NCBI GenBank assembly: GCA_000708835.1 | Contig: DF237155.1 | Location: forward strand, 62,001-126,000 | Length of the DNA stretch: 64,000 bases | DNA from: Klebsormidium nitens | Taxonomy: Eukaryota > Plantae > Klebsormidiophyceae | Reading direction: 5' to 3' | In this document: positions 36,666 through 48,522 of the stretch, piece by piece | How positions within the stretch are numbered: position 1 is the first letter of the stretch | Layout: every line of letters starts with the position of its first letter | Position numbers and translations under genes: made by a program | Notes under the pieces: generated by a model | The model's database searches: none | Seen by the model: the letters and a program-made list of their open reading frames with translations, nothing else | What the model was told of the DNA's origin: nothing

Positions 36666-38307
36666 TGGAAACGAAATCGTCGGTAATCGTGTGGCCTCCT
36701 CGTAGGACTAACTTGAGCCTTCAGAAAAGGACAGCATAGAGCGGACGACTCTGGCTCGAACATCGTTTCAAGGGTCTCTTATAGTAGAGACACTCACATC
36801 GAAGGAGAAGAATTCCCATTTGAGACATCACACTTTGTAAAGATATCTGTCTTTGCTGGATGACGTATTTGCGCTTCATAATGAGGAATCCGGTTTACAG
36901 AGTCGAATCGTGTGTACCCACTGTCTCTCAGTATAGGTGAAACGTTCAAAAGGTTGCAAGTTCGTTCGGCAGGTCAGAAGCGACACCGCTTCCTTGTACA
37001 GGACACGGACTCCTAGACCAATTTTTCATGATGAATCAGATTGAGAATTGATTGGCACGATGAAGCACCCGGATCCGCTTGAGTATAATAAAACTATATC
37101 CGTTCCCAGCCCTCTGCTTTGAGCTTGTTTCTGTCCGTAATTTGTAACACGTCCAAGTATAGCACAAAATCCGCCTGTCGTGGCTGAAACTTTGTTAGGA
37201 AAGCATCGTTCTGAAAAACCTACAGCTGTACACGCTTTCTGAGCTGCTGGTAATATCAGGCAAGTGCCCGTGTACACTTCATCGCGAAAGAGTCGGGGGC
37301 CCCTGCAATCACATCGCAGATGTTCAAGGAGTCTTCCTGAATCCTGTTCAAGACCCTCGCAACTGTCGGTTAGGGTACCAATATCTTGTTCGTCAATTGC
37401 ACCTCAATTGCACCCGTAATGCTTAGGCAGAACTTTGCCAGGTTTCGTACTCATATCTTGTTGAGACCTGCCATAGCCGTGTAATGCATGCCCTCCCTTT
37501 TATAATGGGAATTGAGCCCATGAACAACATTCTATGAGTTGCAGTTCCTGCTATGAGCAGACGGCGTCGTTGTTGCCGTCTTCGACTTACAAAATACATC
37601 TCGGATTGCGCACCTCTTGAAGACATGTGCCTGAGAGTTTTATCTTTACAGAATTAACGCGCCATGTTTTGCAATTGAGTAGATGCAAGGTACAGGATAA
37701 ACGTGGATTTTGGCAAGCATAATCTCATGCAATCACTCATCAACTGGATTCCACGTAGTTGCGTGCCGGTTTGGCGCAGTACTGAGCTCAACCAAAATGG
37801 ACTCGAGCTTCGCTCAGCAGTATAAGTTTGAATTTGCTTGCATGGACGCCTCCATTGTTCAGCTTACTCATGGGGAGGACTCTGATCAGATTGCACTGTA
37901 TCAGAATCTTATGTCAACTCGAAGACTCTTGAAAGCGCCCACACGCGCTTTTCCCTTCAACTTTTTTGCACGAAAGACAGCAAGTATGCTACGGAATGTG
38001 CCATCAATGCTTTTGCGCACTGTCGCACAATCCACCAGTTTGACAATACCACTGCTGCGGAAGCGACTAACGTGTTCCAGGACACAGTGTCTCTGACAAC
38101 GCCAACATGATTCTTAGACATTATGGAGTCATAGGGCAAATCTTTGTAACAAAAACGGCATCAGAGTGACGCCAAATGCTGGACACGCCGCTGAAACAAG
38201 GTTTCAACTCAATTGATATTCTCAACCTTACATTTGCATAGCTTTGACGCCTGTGCGTACACGTCACTGACATCAGGCAAGCCGCAGAAATAGTGCATTT
38301 CAGTGCA

Positions 38308-38360
38308 AGGCAGAGAAGCCCACATGCCACGTCAAGGCAGGGAAGCACACATGCCACGTC
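38308..38360. repeat. Tandem 2 x 27 bp repeat, each unit with GCCACGT (reverse complement ACGTGGC, ABRE consensus)
   Basis: AGGCAGAGAAGCCCACATGCCACGTCA / AGGCAGGGAAGCACACATGCCACGTC. Confidence 0.7.
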
Positions 38361-38822
38361 TGGTCGCGTTTCACGGATTCTGGTCGAATGCATCTTTCAA
38401 ATTCGGAGCTATATGTCGACCTATTTTTTCGTACAACAGACGAACCTCTTCCAAACGGACCAATCTACAGGTACATCGACGGAGAGACAATGCAAATCTT
38501 TGATCACACCTTTTTGAAAAGAGAGTCGTCAAGTAAGCGACTATCCCGCTACTCATCGACACGGATTTGACACGTCACGAGTTAAAGTACGCTGCACGGT
38601 CCCCGGTGACCTCCATCTAAAACCAATTGTACTCATCCCAGAAGCGGTTGTTCTTTTCTTACAGTGAACAACATTCTCAAACGATTCTCAAAAGAACGTT
38701 GATCTCTACGGTACTGTTTTCACTAAAACTGCCCGCCCATCTCAAAGAACACGCCTATTTTATATCTCCGGCTCGCAAATCTCTTCGCACTACGATAACC
38801 CGATTTGAATCCCTTCTAGACA

Positions 38823-39830
38823 CTATTCTGCTTTCGCAGCCACCTCGTGCTCCGTTTTCTCAAGCCCTCCGCCCTTCTTCTCTAATTTCGTCAGGTGAAG
38901 AGCCACAGCCGGCGCGGGTCCCAGAACGAACGCCCAAGCCACCACACAAAATGCTTCCAGTGGCCCGACCTCGAGCAGAGCACAGTACGCAAAGCCAAGC
39001 GTCAGCCCAGTAAGAACCAGCAAGTAGATTTGCGCGACCATCTCGGAAGGCCCGACCGAGGTGCCTTCCGCCATGGAGAGCACCGCGCGGAACTGCGCCC
39101 AGGCGGACGGATCGCTGGCGACGAGCGAGGACGCGAAGACGTGCCACGCCCAGCCCACAGAGACAGCGATGAGGAAGTCGGTCTCTCCTGTCCTGAACGC
39201 AATCTTCATGTCTTCATCTTTGTTTCCGCGAATGGCCATGTGAAGACGCCAGAAGACAGGGACTCCGATGACCGGGAGAAGCATTGCAGCCGGGATGAGC
39301 GCCCAGAGACCTGCCCGGACGACCAAGAGCCGCATTCCGAGCGCTGCGATGATGAGAAAGTGGGTGGTCGTGGACAAGGACACGTCTGCTTTTGCTACTG
39401 TCAGCCCATTCCTCTGAGCGGAAGCAATGATGTTGCACGGGGGCCAGAAGCGGAGGAACGAGCTGCGCGCGCACAGAATGGGGGCCAGGAGCTGAGAGGC
39501 TTTAGTCGGAGCCCGCGCGCGGGGCCGCGACTCGTCGTTGCCTCTCGCCACGACCAGCAGAAAGCAGATGTGGAGAAGACAGAGGCACTCCCCGTAAAAA
39601 AGCAGCGCCACAGGGTTGTAGAACACGGCGCGCAGAGTTTCAGCTTGGATGCAGAAGCACGCGCGCGCCGCTTTCACGAGCAGCGCGAGCGGTCGGGTGA
39701 GGGGCCACGCCGTTCCCCCGCAGCTCTCCGTAAGGCGCAAGCCCACGGCCGTGAGGGACAGCAGAAAAGTCGCGCCGAGGGCGGCGGCGGCCGCGCATGC
39801 CAGCAGCTGGCGGCGGGTCGAAGGCGCCAT
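38823..39830 (-). CDS. Intronless multi-pass membrane protein, paralog 3 (335 aa)
   Basis: Intact ORF: MAPSTRRQLLAC...ASDPSAWAQF...GFAYCALLEVG...LGPAPAVALHL. Colinear with paralogs 1 and 2. Confidence 0.85.
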   Translation of the reverse strand: MAPSTRRQLLACAAAAALGATFLLSLTAVGLRLTESCGGTAWPLTRPLALLVKAARACFCIQAETLRAVFYNPVALLFYGECLCLLHICFLLVVARGNDESRPRARAPTKASQLLAPILCARSSFLRFWPPCNIIASAQRNGLTVAKADVSLSTTTHFLIIAALGMRLLVVRAGLWALIPAAMLLPVIGVPVFWRLHMAIRGNKDEDMKIAFRTGETDFLIAVSVGWAWHVFASSLVASDPSAWAQFRAVLSMAEGTSVGPSEMVAQIYLLVLTGLTLGFAYCALLEVGPLEAFCVVAWAFVLGPAPAVALHLTKLEKKGGGLEKTEHEVAAKAE

Positions 39831-41744
39831 GGCGAGTCGAGGAACGTGTGTCGATCAGCGAGAGGGAAGAAGCGAGAGATTAAGACGCGAGACGTCTGCG
39901 GGTGGCGGCCTTAAGCTTCTGCGCGAGCTCTCCGTGATGTGAGTCGCCCGTTTTGATGGATTTTGCCTTGATCAAGAGCAAAGACTCGTAAGCTGAGACA
40001 GTCTCAGAATGAAGACGACGTTCGCACCTGTTACAAAGGCTGAAACTTGTGAAGGGGGAGACAGTGCATGCATTTGCCCCTCGTAAGATGCTAACACGTG
40101 GCTAACCGTCACCATAAGACGAATCTTGGTGGTCGAAATCTTCGACGACTTCCTTAGCCGCCCCACGCATGCTTGGGTCCCCACCCGTCATCTGAGATGC
40201 AAACACCTGAGAGGCATACAGTATTCTTACGAGTGTCTCAGTCGACAGGGCAGCTAGTCAAGACCCCAAATGATGGGAGTGATCTGACTGCAAACCCGCC
40301 TGCTATCGAGCTGATTCAAAACTACCGGGCCATTTCACCCGCCATCTGGCAGTTAAAGTTGGCGCTTAAAAAGACTGGCGAGTCGCAAGCAGAAACGATT
40401 TCTTATTAGTCAAATCATGGCACCCTAGTATTACACCTGCTTAGCTTGCAAGATGCCATGGCATGCCCGCCGCCTTTACTGTATTCTGCGGTCTCAACCG
40501 TGACTCCGTTCAGCTACACAAATTCGGCGGCCTATTGAAGAACGTACATGCGCTGCCGGTCTAGCTGCTGCAGCACCGTCATGCCGCACTGAAGCGCGTA
40601 CTAGAGAATCAATCCTCGAGGATCGTTGAATGATCGCAGCCTGGGCGAATCACAAATATGTGTACAGCTACCAATAGCTAAAGAGTACACAACGGTACTC
40701 GAGGATTTAGCAACTGGCCCCTGGCATGGATCATGATGCATGTGCGCTGATATGCGCAGTACTGCCCTAACCGTTGAGTGCATGGTCGATTAATTAAGTA
40801 TACGTATACAACCGAGTGATTTCAGCACACAGACTTCACTGTCGCTATTCTTGGGCAAACAAAAGCGGCGGGGCCGGCCGCGCCCTTAACACAGATTAGA
40901 CGATCACATGAATTACTCGATTGAAGCGTTCATGGGATTACTTGTACGTGTAAACATGAGCCTATCTGCACAAATAGTTCGTCCCCTTTCCCATCGGTCC
41001 ATTTCGGAACTTAAAAGGAGAGTTTGATGTAGTACCTCGTTCACGCACCGCTGGCATAAGCTTTGCCGGACGGTCTTACTCTGTTCAAAGAAAACTTATA
41101 TCTGGTGCAACCTGATCTGTCAGCTTTCTCCTTGGGAACAACTTCTGTCCTATCAATCGGTTAGCGCCAGCTTTAATGAAAGCCTTGCAAGGGCATCGCC
41201 GTGCAAGTATTTGCACTTGGCATAATCAAGCGACCGGAGTCTGTGCACTTTCGCACCAGGAAAAGCGCCAGCTTTTACACTAGCGGTAGTCTGTCATAGA
41301 CAAGCCTTGCGTGGATGGGGCCTTGATGGCTGTCCGGCGGCTCTGAGAAGCGTAACCCAGACCTTTGTTTGCACCACAAGCTGCCCTAAACCCTCAGTGC
41401 GCCTGCAATGAGCGTGCGAGAGGAGCACCATCACATTAGTTGCTTTCGAGACACACCCTTTTGCGTTCTGAAAGTCCTACGGTCGTCGATATCAAATAGA
41501 TGCACTCGCAGATTATTCTGGCCCCCTCTGCGGTTGCCTGTGCACCTCACTAACTTGGGCAACGGAAGCGAGAACGAGCATGAGTGGTCTTCTGCATTGC
41601 GTGCTCGATCAAGCATTGTGTCTACGCAACAGAATCTGACTTTGTAGGGGCGAACGCGGACGCACAGCTCACCGGCTATTCGCAGGTTTGCCATTGCAGG
41701 CGGCGGCTTGGAAAGCGGTGCTGTTCAGGGCTGAACACGAGTAC

Positions 41745-44700
41745 TCAGGCCGGTTCCCTGTCATCTCGGACGTTGTAGTTGCGGACCTGGGGCGGCTCCG
41801 CCTGCCGTCGCTGCTGGACGGCTTTCAGCTTGGCGCGCTGGCTGGCGGTGCCCTGCAATGACAAAGAGCAATTCGTTGGTGGACTGAGCCAATGATGCGA
41901 AGGAGGAGAAGCTTCTTGCCTTGCTGCTGGAAACAAACGGGGCCATTTGGAAACTGGTCTGAGTACAAATACAGCGGGTCAAGACCACGAAGAATGTGAA
42001 ACTAAGATGCACATGAAAGGGAAGTCTGTTCCAGCAGGAGGAGCTTCTTCGTAAGCATGGGGACGTAAACGAATATTAAAATTGAGCGAGGGTTCACGTC
42101 TCCATCACCGCACGCAAATCAATAATAGGCCATGTAGCATTCGATTCCACGGCGTGGTAAGCGTGGCAACATAGAGAGGCCAGCCCAGCAAATCCAAGCG
42201 CCTGCTCAACCGCAAAGGTCTCACCTTGTGAATGATCTCCACAATCGTCGGCCTTGGTGCTTGAACCCCCGCCACTACAAACGGAGCCCCGGCAGGCGGC
42301 ATGGCGCCCCCTTTGCTGACGGCCGCTGACCTCACCCCCTCGGTGGGCTTCCCTTGCGCCTCTCGTACGGCATTCGTCTGAGCCGTGAGAGGCCTCGTGG
42401 TAACAAGCGGCACCGACCTCTGCCCAACAGGCGGTCTTACGAAGGGCGCAGGAAGTTCGGGTTTTGGGTCCGCCACAACTGGGTTAGGAAGGTTCACAGA
42501 GGGGTTAGCGGCCGTCCGTTTCTTCAAATCCGCTCGCAGGGCGTTACTGAGCTCCATCAGACGGTCCCTCTCCTCACCCAGCCGCCGCACTTCTTCTAGC
42601 GCTAAAGACAGTTGCTCGCCCGGCGGCGCATGACCCATACCTAAACCCTCATAACCCTGCCCAAACCCACTTCGCCCCGCGCCTGAACTTGGTGCACTTT
42701 GCCCGCGCTCGGGCCCGGGCCCAATCCTTGGGAGGTGTGCAGGCGCATACAGTGGAAAGAGTCCGGGTGGCGGCTCATTCACACCAGGGTGCTGCAGGCT
42801 TTGCACAGTGGTGAGAACAGGCTCCAACCGGGCGCTCATCTGCGCCAGCCGCTGCTGCACCGTGCCCAGCTCATACCGGAGCTGCTCCACCTCGGGCGTG
42901 TTCACACCGCCCCCGCCAGCACTTTCTCCGTGGTTTCCCCCCTGGCCCTCTATCGACGTTACACCTGCCACGTCAGCAACAGAACCTCCCCCGGCTCCCG
43001 TCATATGGTTGCCTAACCCGGCCGAGCCCTGCGGTTCAGATCCAGCCTTTGTTCCGCCCCCAGCCGCAACACCCAGAGACTCCTCCTCATTTCGGGCGCC
43101 CTCCGTCCGTGCGGGTCCCGTTCGCGGCGTCATGGCGACCACTGCCCTCTTCTGTAGCTCTTCCATTTCGCCCCGCATATGGTGCACCACCGCCCGGATC
43201 TGCTCGTTCTGAGCCGCCATCCCCGCCAAGCTGCGCCGCAGGAGCTCATTCTCTTCCTCGAGCTCCTCGTTTCCTGCTAACTCTCCATCCCCTGTAATCC
43301 GAAACCCAGAATGCTCGTCGTTCTCATACCCACTTCTTCCGGCCCTTCCGCTCTCGACCTCCTCCGCCGCATCTTCGTATGCCTTGAAAAGCTTATGTGG
43401 GCGATCCCTTGGTGACTTCAACCCTCCCCCGGGGCCTGGCGATGCCGCGAAGCTCATGTGCAGGGAAGGAATTGGCGACGGCGCCGGCAGGGGGGATCCC
43501 AAAGAGCTTGCGCCACCCCCCCGATGCGGGACTGCAATTGGGGGTGGCCTTTTTGCTCCCGAAAACGCACCTCCTGGCGTAGGGGCAGTGGACGGGCGTG
43601 GAGGTACAAAGCTTGGGGGACTTTGAGGCCGCTGTTGATGGGTTTTGACGAGTCGTTGCAATTCGTGTGCCAGTTCTGCCGCGCGCTCTTCGGCCTGCTT
43701 GTGGAGGGCGTTGGCGTGGTCGCGCTGCTGCTGTAAGCTCAGAATGAGAGCCTCGCTGCGGGCGACGGCCCGGCGCTCCTTCTCCTCGGCATCCTGCGGA
43801 GGAGGAGGGCAAGGCAGAGTAAAGACGCGGGGCTGGGAGCGGACAGGATGGGATGTCGTGAGCGGTCCTACAAAGGCAGACCATTGTTGACGGTGCCGAT
43901 TAGGCAAATGATAATAAGGACGGAGAGCAGTTGCGCATTTGTGACCAGCACCCTTGCTGAATTCCGAGGACGTGAAACTGGTAGTGAGCAGGCGCAGTAA
44001 ATTGCAAATGCAGCAAAGCGCTCTGCTACAAGTAGCCCAGGAGACGTCATGACCTAAGAGAGCAAACTTAATTCCTGAGAGACGAGAACTAAACCCAAAC
44101 CGCATCAGGAGAAAAGACGCGATTTCCAAGGAGCACCAGGCCCAACACGCGCCCAACGGGTGGAGCTATCGCCTACTGACCTGCTCGCCTCTCAACGTCG
44201 CCTGGACCACCTGCCTCTGCAGTTCCTTTTCCCTGGCCGCCCCGGCGACCAGCTGCTCTTTGTAGTTCGCTACATCCGCCCGCCGTTCCTCCAGCGTCCG
44301 CTGCGCCGCATCCAGCTTGGATTGCGCCGCATCTAGTTCCGCGCCCTTGCGCCACAGCTGGTCGGTCAACTCCTGACGCGTTTGCTCCAAGCGATGGTCT
44401 TGGTCGGCGCTTGCGGCAAGGGCTGCGTCGAGGCTGCGCTGGGCGGCGGCCGTTTGCTCCTCCAGCTTGAGCTCTAGCTCGTGCACCTGCAAAACGAAGA
44501 AAGGAGAGAAATCTGAGCTTTGAAATCGACCTGCTTTCTAACGGTTGCAAAAGCAGGGAACAGCGTCTTTTGCGGATCACGGGCGTGAAGCAGATCGAAG
44601 GCCGCTTCTGTTGGTGTATTACAGTCCAGGCTTTCGAGGATGATGAATGCTGGGGCAAACAGCGTTGTTGCCCGTACACGTCAATTGACGGATCGATGAG

Positions 44701-47700
44701 TCGGTAACCGATAGGAATAACGCTGACCCTATGCTGAAACCTTTCTACTGTGGTAATCCCCATGTAATATGGTAATCGCCATGAAAGAAGCCCTCTACGA
44801 CCGAACGAATCAAAACAGAGATCCATTCAACGATCCTTCCCATGCGGTCACAAAGCAGAAGGGGCCGCAGGCTAAGAAAAGTACCGCTTCGAAAGTCAAG
44901 CTCCTCTTCACATTTCCAACTTCGTACCAAATCACGTACCAATCCACTAAAGATCGAACTTGAGACCTGGGCTGACCTGCTTCTTATAGCTCTCCCCCTG
45001 CTCCAGTTTGTGCGCCTCCGCTTCTTGGGCCCGCTTCACCGCCGCCGCCACCTTCGCCTTCAGGGCCGCCGCCTCGTCCTCCGACCGGCGGGAGATGCTC
45101 GCGAGTTCGGCCGCATGCTCCTGCTGCTGTCGAGACATCATCTGCTGCACCGCGCTCAGCGCCGCCACCTGGAGAGGGGCACTCTGCCAAGTTGGTGCTC
45201 AGCGTAAACTCTTGGTGACATTTTCCCAAACAATTTCCTCAAAGGAGGAAGCCTAATCTCGGAACCTTCGCACTAATCAACTTAACCTTAGTAAGTTGGA
45301 CCTCAGCGCCGCCACCTGGAGATGAGCAATTTTGCAAGTTGGTGCTCGGCGTAAGTTCGGACGGTATTCCTTGCTGAAGAAAGCCTGACGTCTGTTTCCT
45401 TCCCAAGGGCAACTTTTAGCTCAGTAGTCGGACGGCGCTACTTTCGTCTGACGCGTTCGCCAACTGCGATCGTGTCGTTACTGTCAGTGCAGATGTGCTC
45501 CCAATATTGGCATGCCGAATGCCGAATCTGGGCTGATCCAACTTGCCATTGAAATGCCTCCGTTGACGACTCCCACCGAAGAAAGCAGACGCTCACCAGT
45601 TCCGTCGTCTTGTCCCCGAAGTCCTCCTCCATCTCTTCGTTGCGCTTCAATGAAGCGTTCAGCTGCGCCTGCAGTTCCGCTCCCTCTGTTTCTCGCAGCT
45701 CGCGCACTTTCTCCAGCTCCCACGACAGGGCCTGCCACCGGATTCAAATCTCAGCATAAGAAGCGGCAGCTATGGGGCGGAGATGAGTAGTAAGTTCACA
45801 GCTTCAGGAGCAACTCGCTTGAAATAAGTGCTCGCAGTTCTCGTGGGCATCGAAGAATTTATTTAGATACGTGATGCGTGCCACGAATCGTCGGCGGCAA
45901 GGCGTTCGATTAAACAGAGTAACTTTGACACGAGCAAGGCTTGAGAGTCAAATTCCATCGGACTTCGAAGTTCTTCAGTTGTCACGGTAAGAATCGCACT
46001 CCGTATGCATATAACACGTGAAGCCTGCAAGGACTTGCTCTTGCATTCGAGCCGAGTGCATCTCACCCATGCAGCGTTCATGATAGAGCACATGCCTTGC
46101 AAAATTGCCAGAAGGGAAAGAGTCAGGCCAATTGAGCGGGTTTACCTCGACTTGTCGCTCCTTGGCCTCCAGAGTAGCGCGCAGCTTGGAGCTCTGCAAG
46201 ACACGCACTTGCATTTGATACGCCAACTATCCAACCGTCGCAGTTTGAGGGCTCGTAGCAGACAGCTAAGTCAGAGCAGGTTGACAATAGTGCCAAGGAG
46301 AATTTAAGCGACTTGAGCAAAGACAAGCGGAGCCAAAGGTTACAACAAGGCCCCATCTTCTGTGATGTAAAGAGATTGATCTACTTACTATCGGCCGCCA
46401 AAAACACATCCTGCCCTCGAAGAAGCATAAGGTTAGCGCGTCTGCGTCCAATCTTACATCGTCCTGTAGCTGCTCGACCCCCTCTTCCATCATGCGCAAC
46501 TTCCGCTCCTGCACGCCGGTCACCAAAATCAGCTTCTGATTCGAGAGCAAGGGGCCTCCGGCAATCAGAAAAAGTAACCTTTCCCTAACCTGGTCAGGGT
46601 AGCTCTCTAGGATGCGCCACTTAAGAGTGCAACTCTTTACTTTAGCACTCGATGGTTGAACAAGTTTTGGAGACTGTCAAAGATTGGATCGATCCAGGTT
46701 AGATGCGAGAAGATTCATGGGACTGGAAACCCGAGTCTCTGACATGCAAGGCTGATCCTGAGAAAACGACAGCAGGACTGACCAGTTTCTTGCATTGCTG
46801 CTCGGCGCCAAACGTTTTCGCAGTGGTCTCATCCAGGCACAGCTGGCTTTCTGTCTCCTGCTTCAGCAGGTTCTCCTCGTACTGCCGCGTCAGCTCTCGC
46901 CGCTGCAGGTCCAGCGCCTCCTGGGCCTCTGCCACCTGGCGCATCAGGTCTGCCGAAAGCAGGGCCGTGCTTAGCAACCCAGAAGGTTTCTCTCCAAAAC
47001 ACTGAGCGCACTTTGCGTAAAGAGCACTCTTCTCATTGCGACAACAAGAGGTCGTCAAACAAGGGCTGGAGCGAATATAGAGGGCACGGTGCCAGTGCAA
47101 CTGAAGCAGCAGTATGGTGCAAACAGCGTCCTCAGCAGATCCTTTTGCGGTTGCATAGGTCAATCCGTGCAGAGAGCTGCTCACCGCCGTTGATGGCCTC
47201 AAAGGCCTGCCGTTGTTTACGGAGCTCTTCCTCGCAGTGCCACTGTGCTTGTTCTACCTGCTCCCGCGCCTCAACCACCTTCTGCCTGGAGTGCGCCGCA
47301 TCCTCCTCGGCTCGTCTCCGCTCCTGCATGGAAATGAGTTGAGGTGAAACAGGTGCCCGGCGAGAATGATCGGAGTGCTTGAGGTCGCAGCTTTGTATGG
47401 GGTCCTTCCTTATGGGAACCAAGATCTCCTCCTGCCAAATCACGAGGAGCCATTGAAGGTTTCGAGTCGGTGAATTTGGCGTTTGTCAATTCCAATGTTC
47501 GATCTGCTTCCATAAGCGACTGATGCACTTTCCTTAAACCCATCCTGGGCCATCCACCATACAAATGCATAGTCTCTAGCTTTCACAAACACACAGGGCA
47601 CCTTCACTCAGAAGAGAAGGGAAAGGGGGCAGAGCGGCATGAATATTAGGTCCCAGGTCGGCCTATGCTTCATCTCATACGATTTCGAAAGTCATGAGTC

Positions 47701-48522
47701 CCAAAAAGCAAAGAGAACATGTTATTTCAGCGTTCCAAAAGCCTGGCACGCCAAGCACGAGGCAAGCCTGATTCTTTCCAAGAGTCTCCTATGCACGTCA
47801 GGCCCCTCACCTCCTGCAATTGAGCCTCAGCATCTGCAAGGGCTGAGCGCGCCTCCTTGAGAAGTCTTTCCCCATCAACCACTGCTGCTTGCAATCCGGA
47901 GAAAGAAGCATCGTAGGCCTCCAGCTCAAAATCTCGTGCTTCCAAGAGGCTCAAGTTGTACTGCTCAGAAGAAGGGAAGGGGTGCTTTAATTCGAGATCA
48001 CGTCTAATTGTCTTTTGATCCAGCATTTGAGGTAACATAATACCCTGTTTGAGGACTTGCTAGAGGCACAAATACTCCGCTGTGCCGTGCTAGGTCAAAT
48101 GTCAAAGAGCCTGTGATCACAGACAGAGAATCAGAAGGAGGCATACTCACCTGGAAGTCTTCCTGAAGCTGTGTGAAGTTGTCGGTGACTGCATCCAGAT
48201 CAGCTTCCCTGGACAGCAGCTGCAAGAAGACCCGGCAGTATTCAGAGTCATTTCTCACACTGAGTTGGTTTCGCCCCTGTCCAAGTCAAGCACAACTCAG
48301 TGCGACTCTTTACAGAGTGGCCTCACACCAAAACCCACTTGAAAGTCTCACAGAGCAGCTTGTGGCACAGTTGCGAGCAGTCAAGAGCAGATAGGAATCA
48401 GCGCAATCTATACTGACCTTCTCCTCAAGCTTCTGGATGCGCTGCTCCCAAAGACTGACAATCTCCTTCTCCTTCTGGTCAATCAGATTCTTGAAGAAGC
48501 CCTCATCAGACGCCCGCACCAT
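41745..48522 (-). CDS. CCDC57: Coiled-coil domain-containing protein 57 homolog (centriole/cilium protein)
   Basis: Multi-exon coiled coil. NLIDQKEKE, LQEDFQ|YNLSLLEARDFELEAYDASF (human, recalled: LQEDFVYNLQVLEERDLELERYDAAF), ADVANYKEQL...REKELQRQVVQ, IRAVVHHMRGEME, ERDRLMELSNALRADL, C-terminal VRNYNVRD. Not every internal exon boundary was resolved. Confidence 0.82.

Noticed and set aside
42105-44156. 683-aa ORF as a stand-alone gene
   Set aside because: It is the large CCDC57 exon (~43795-42229) plus read-through into flanking introns. Acceptor CCGCAG and donor GTGAGA are present.
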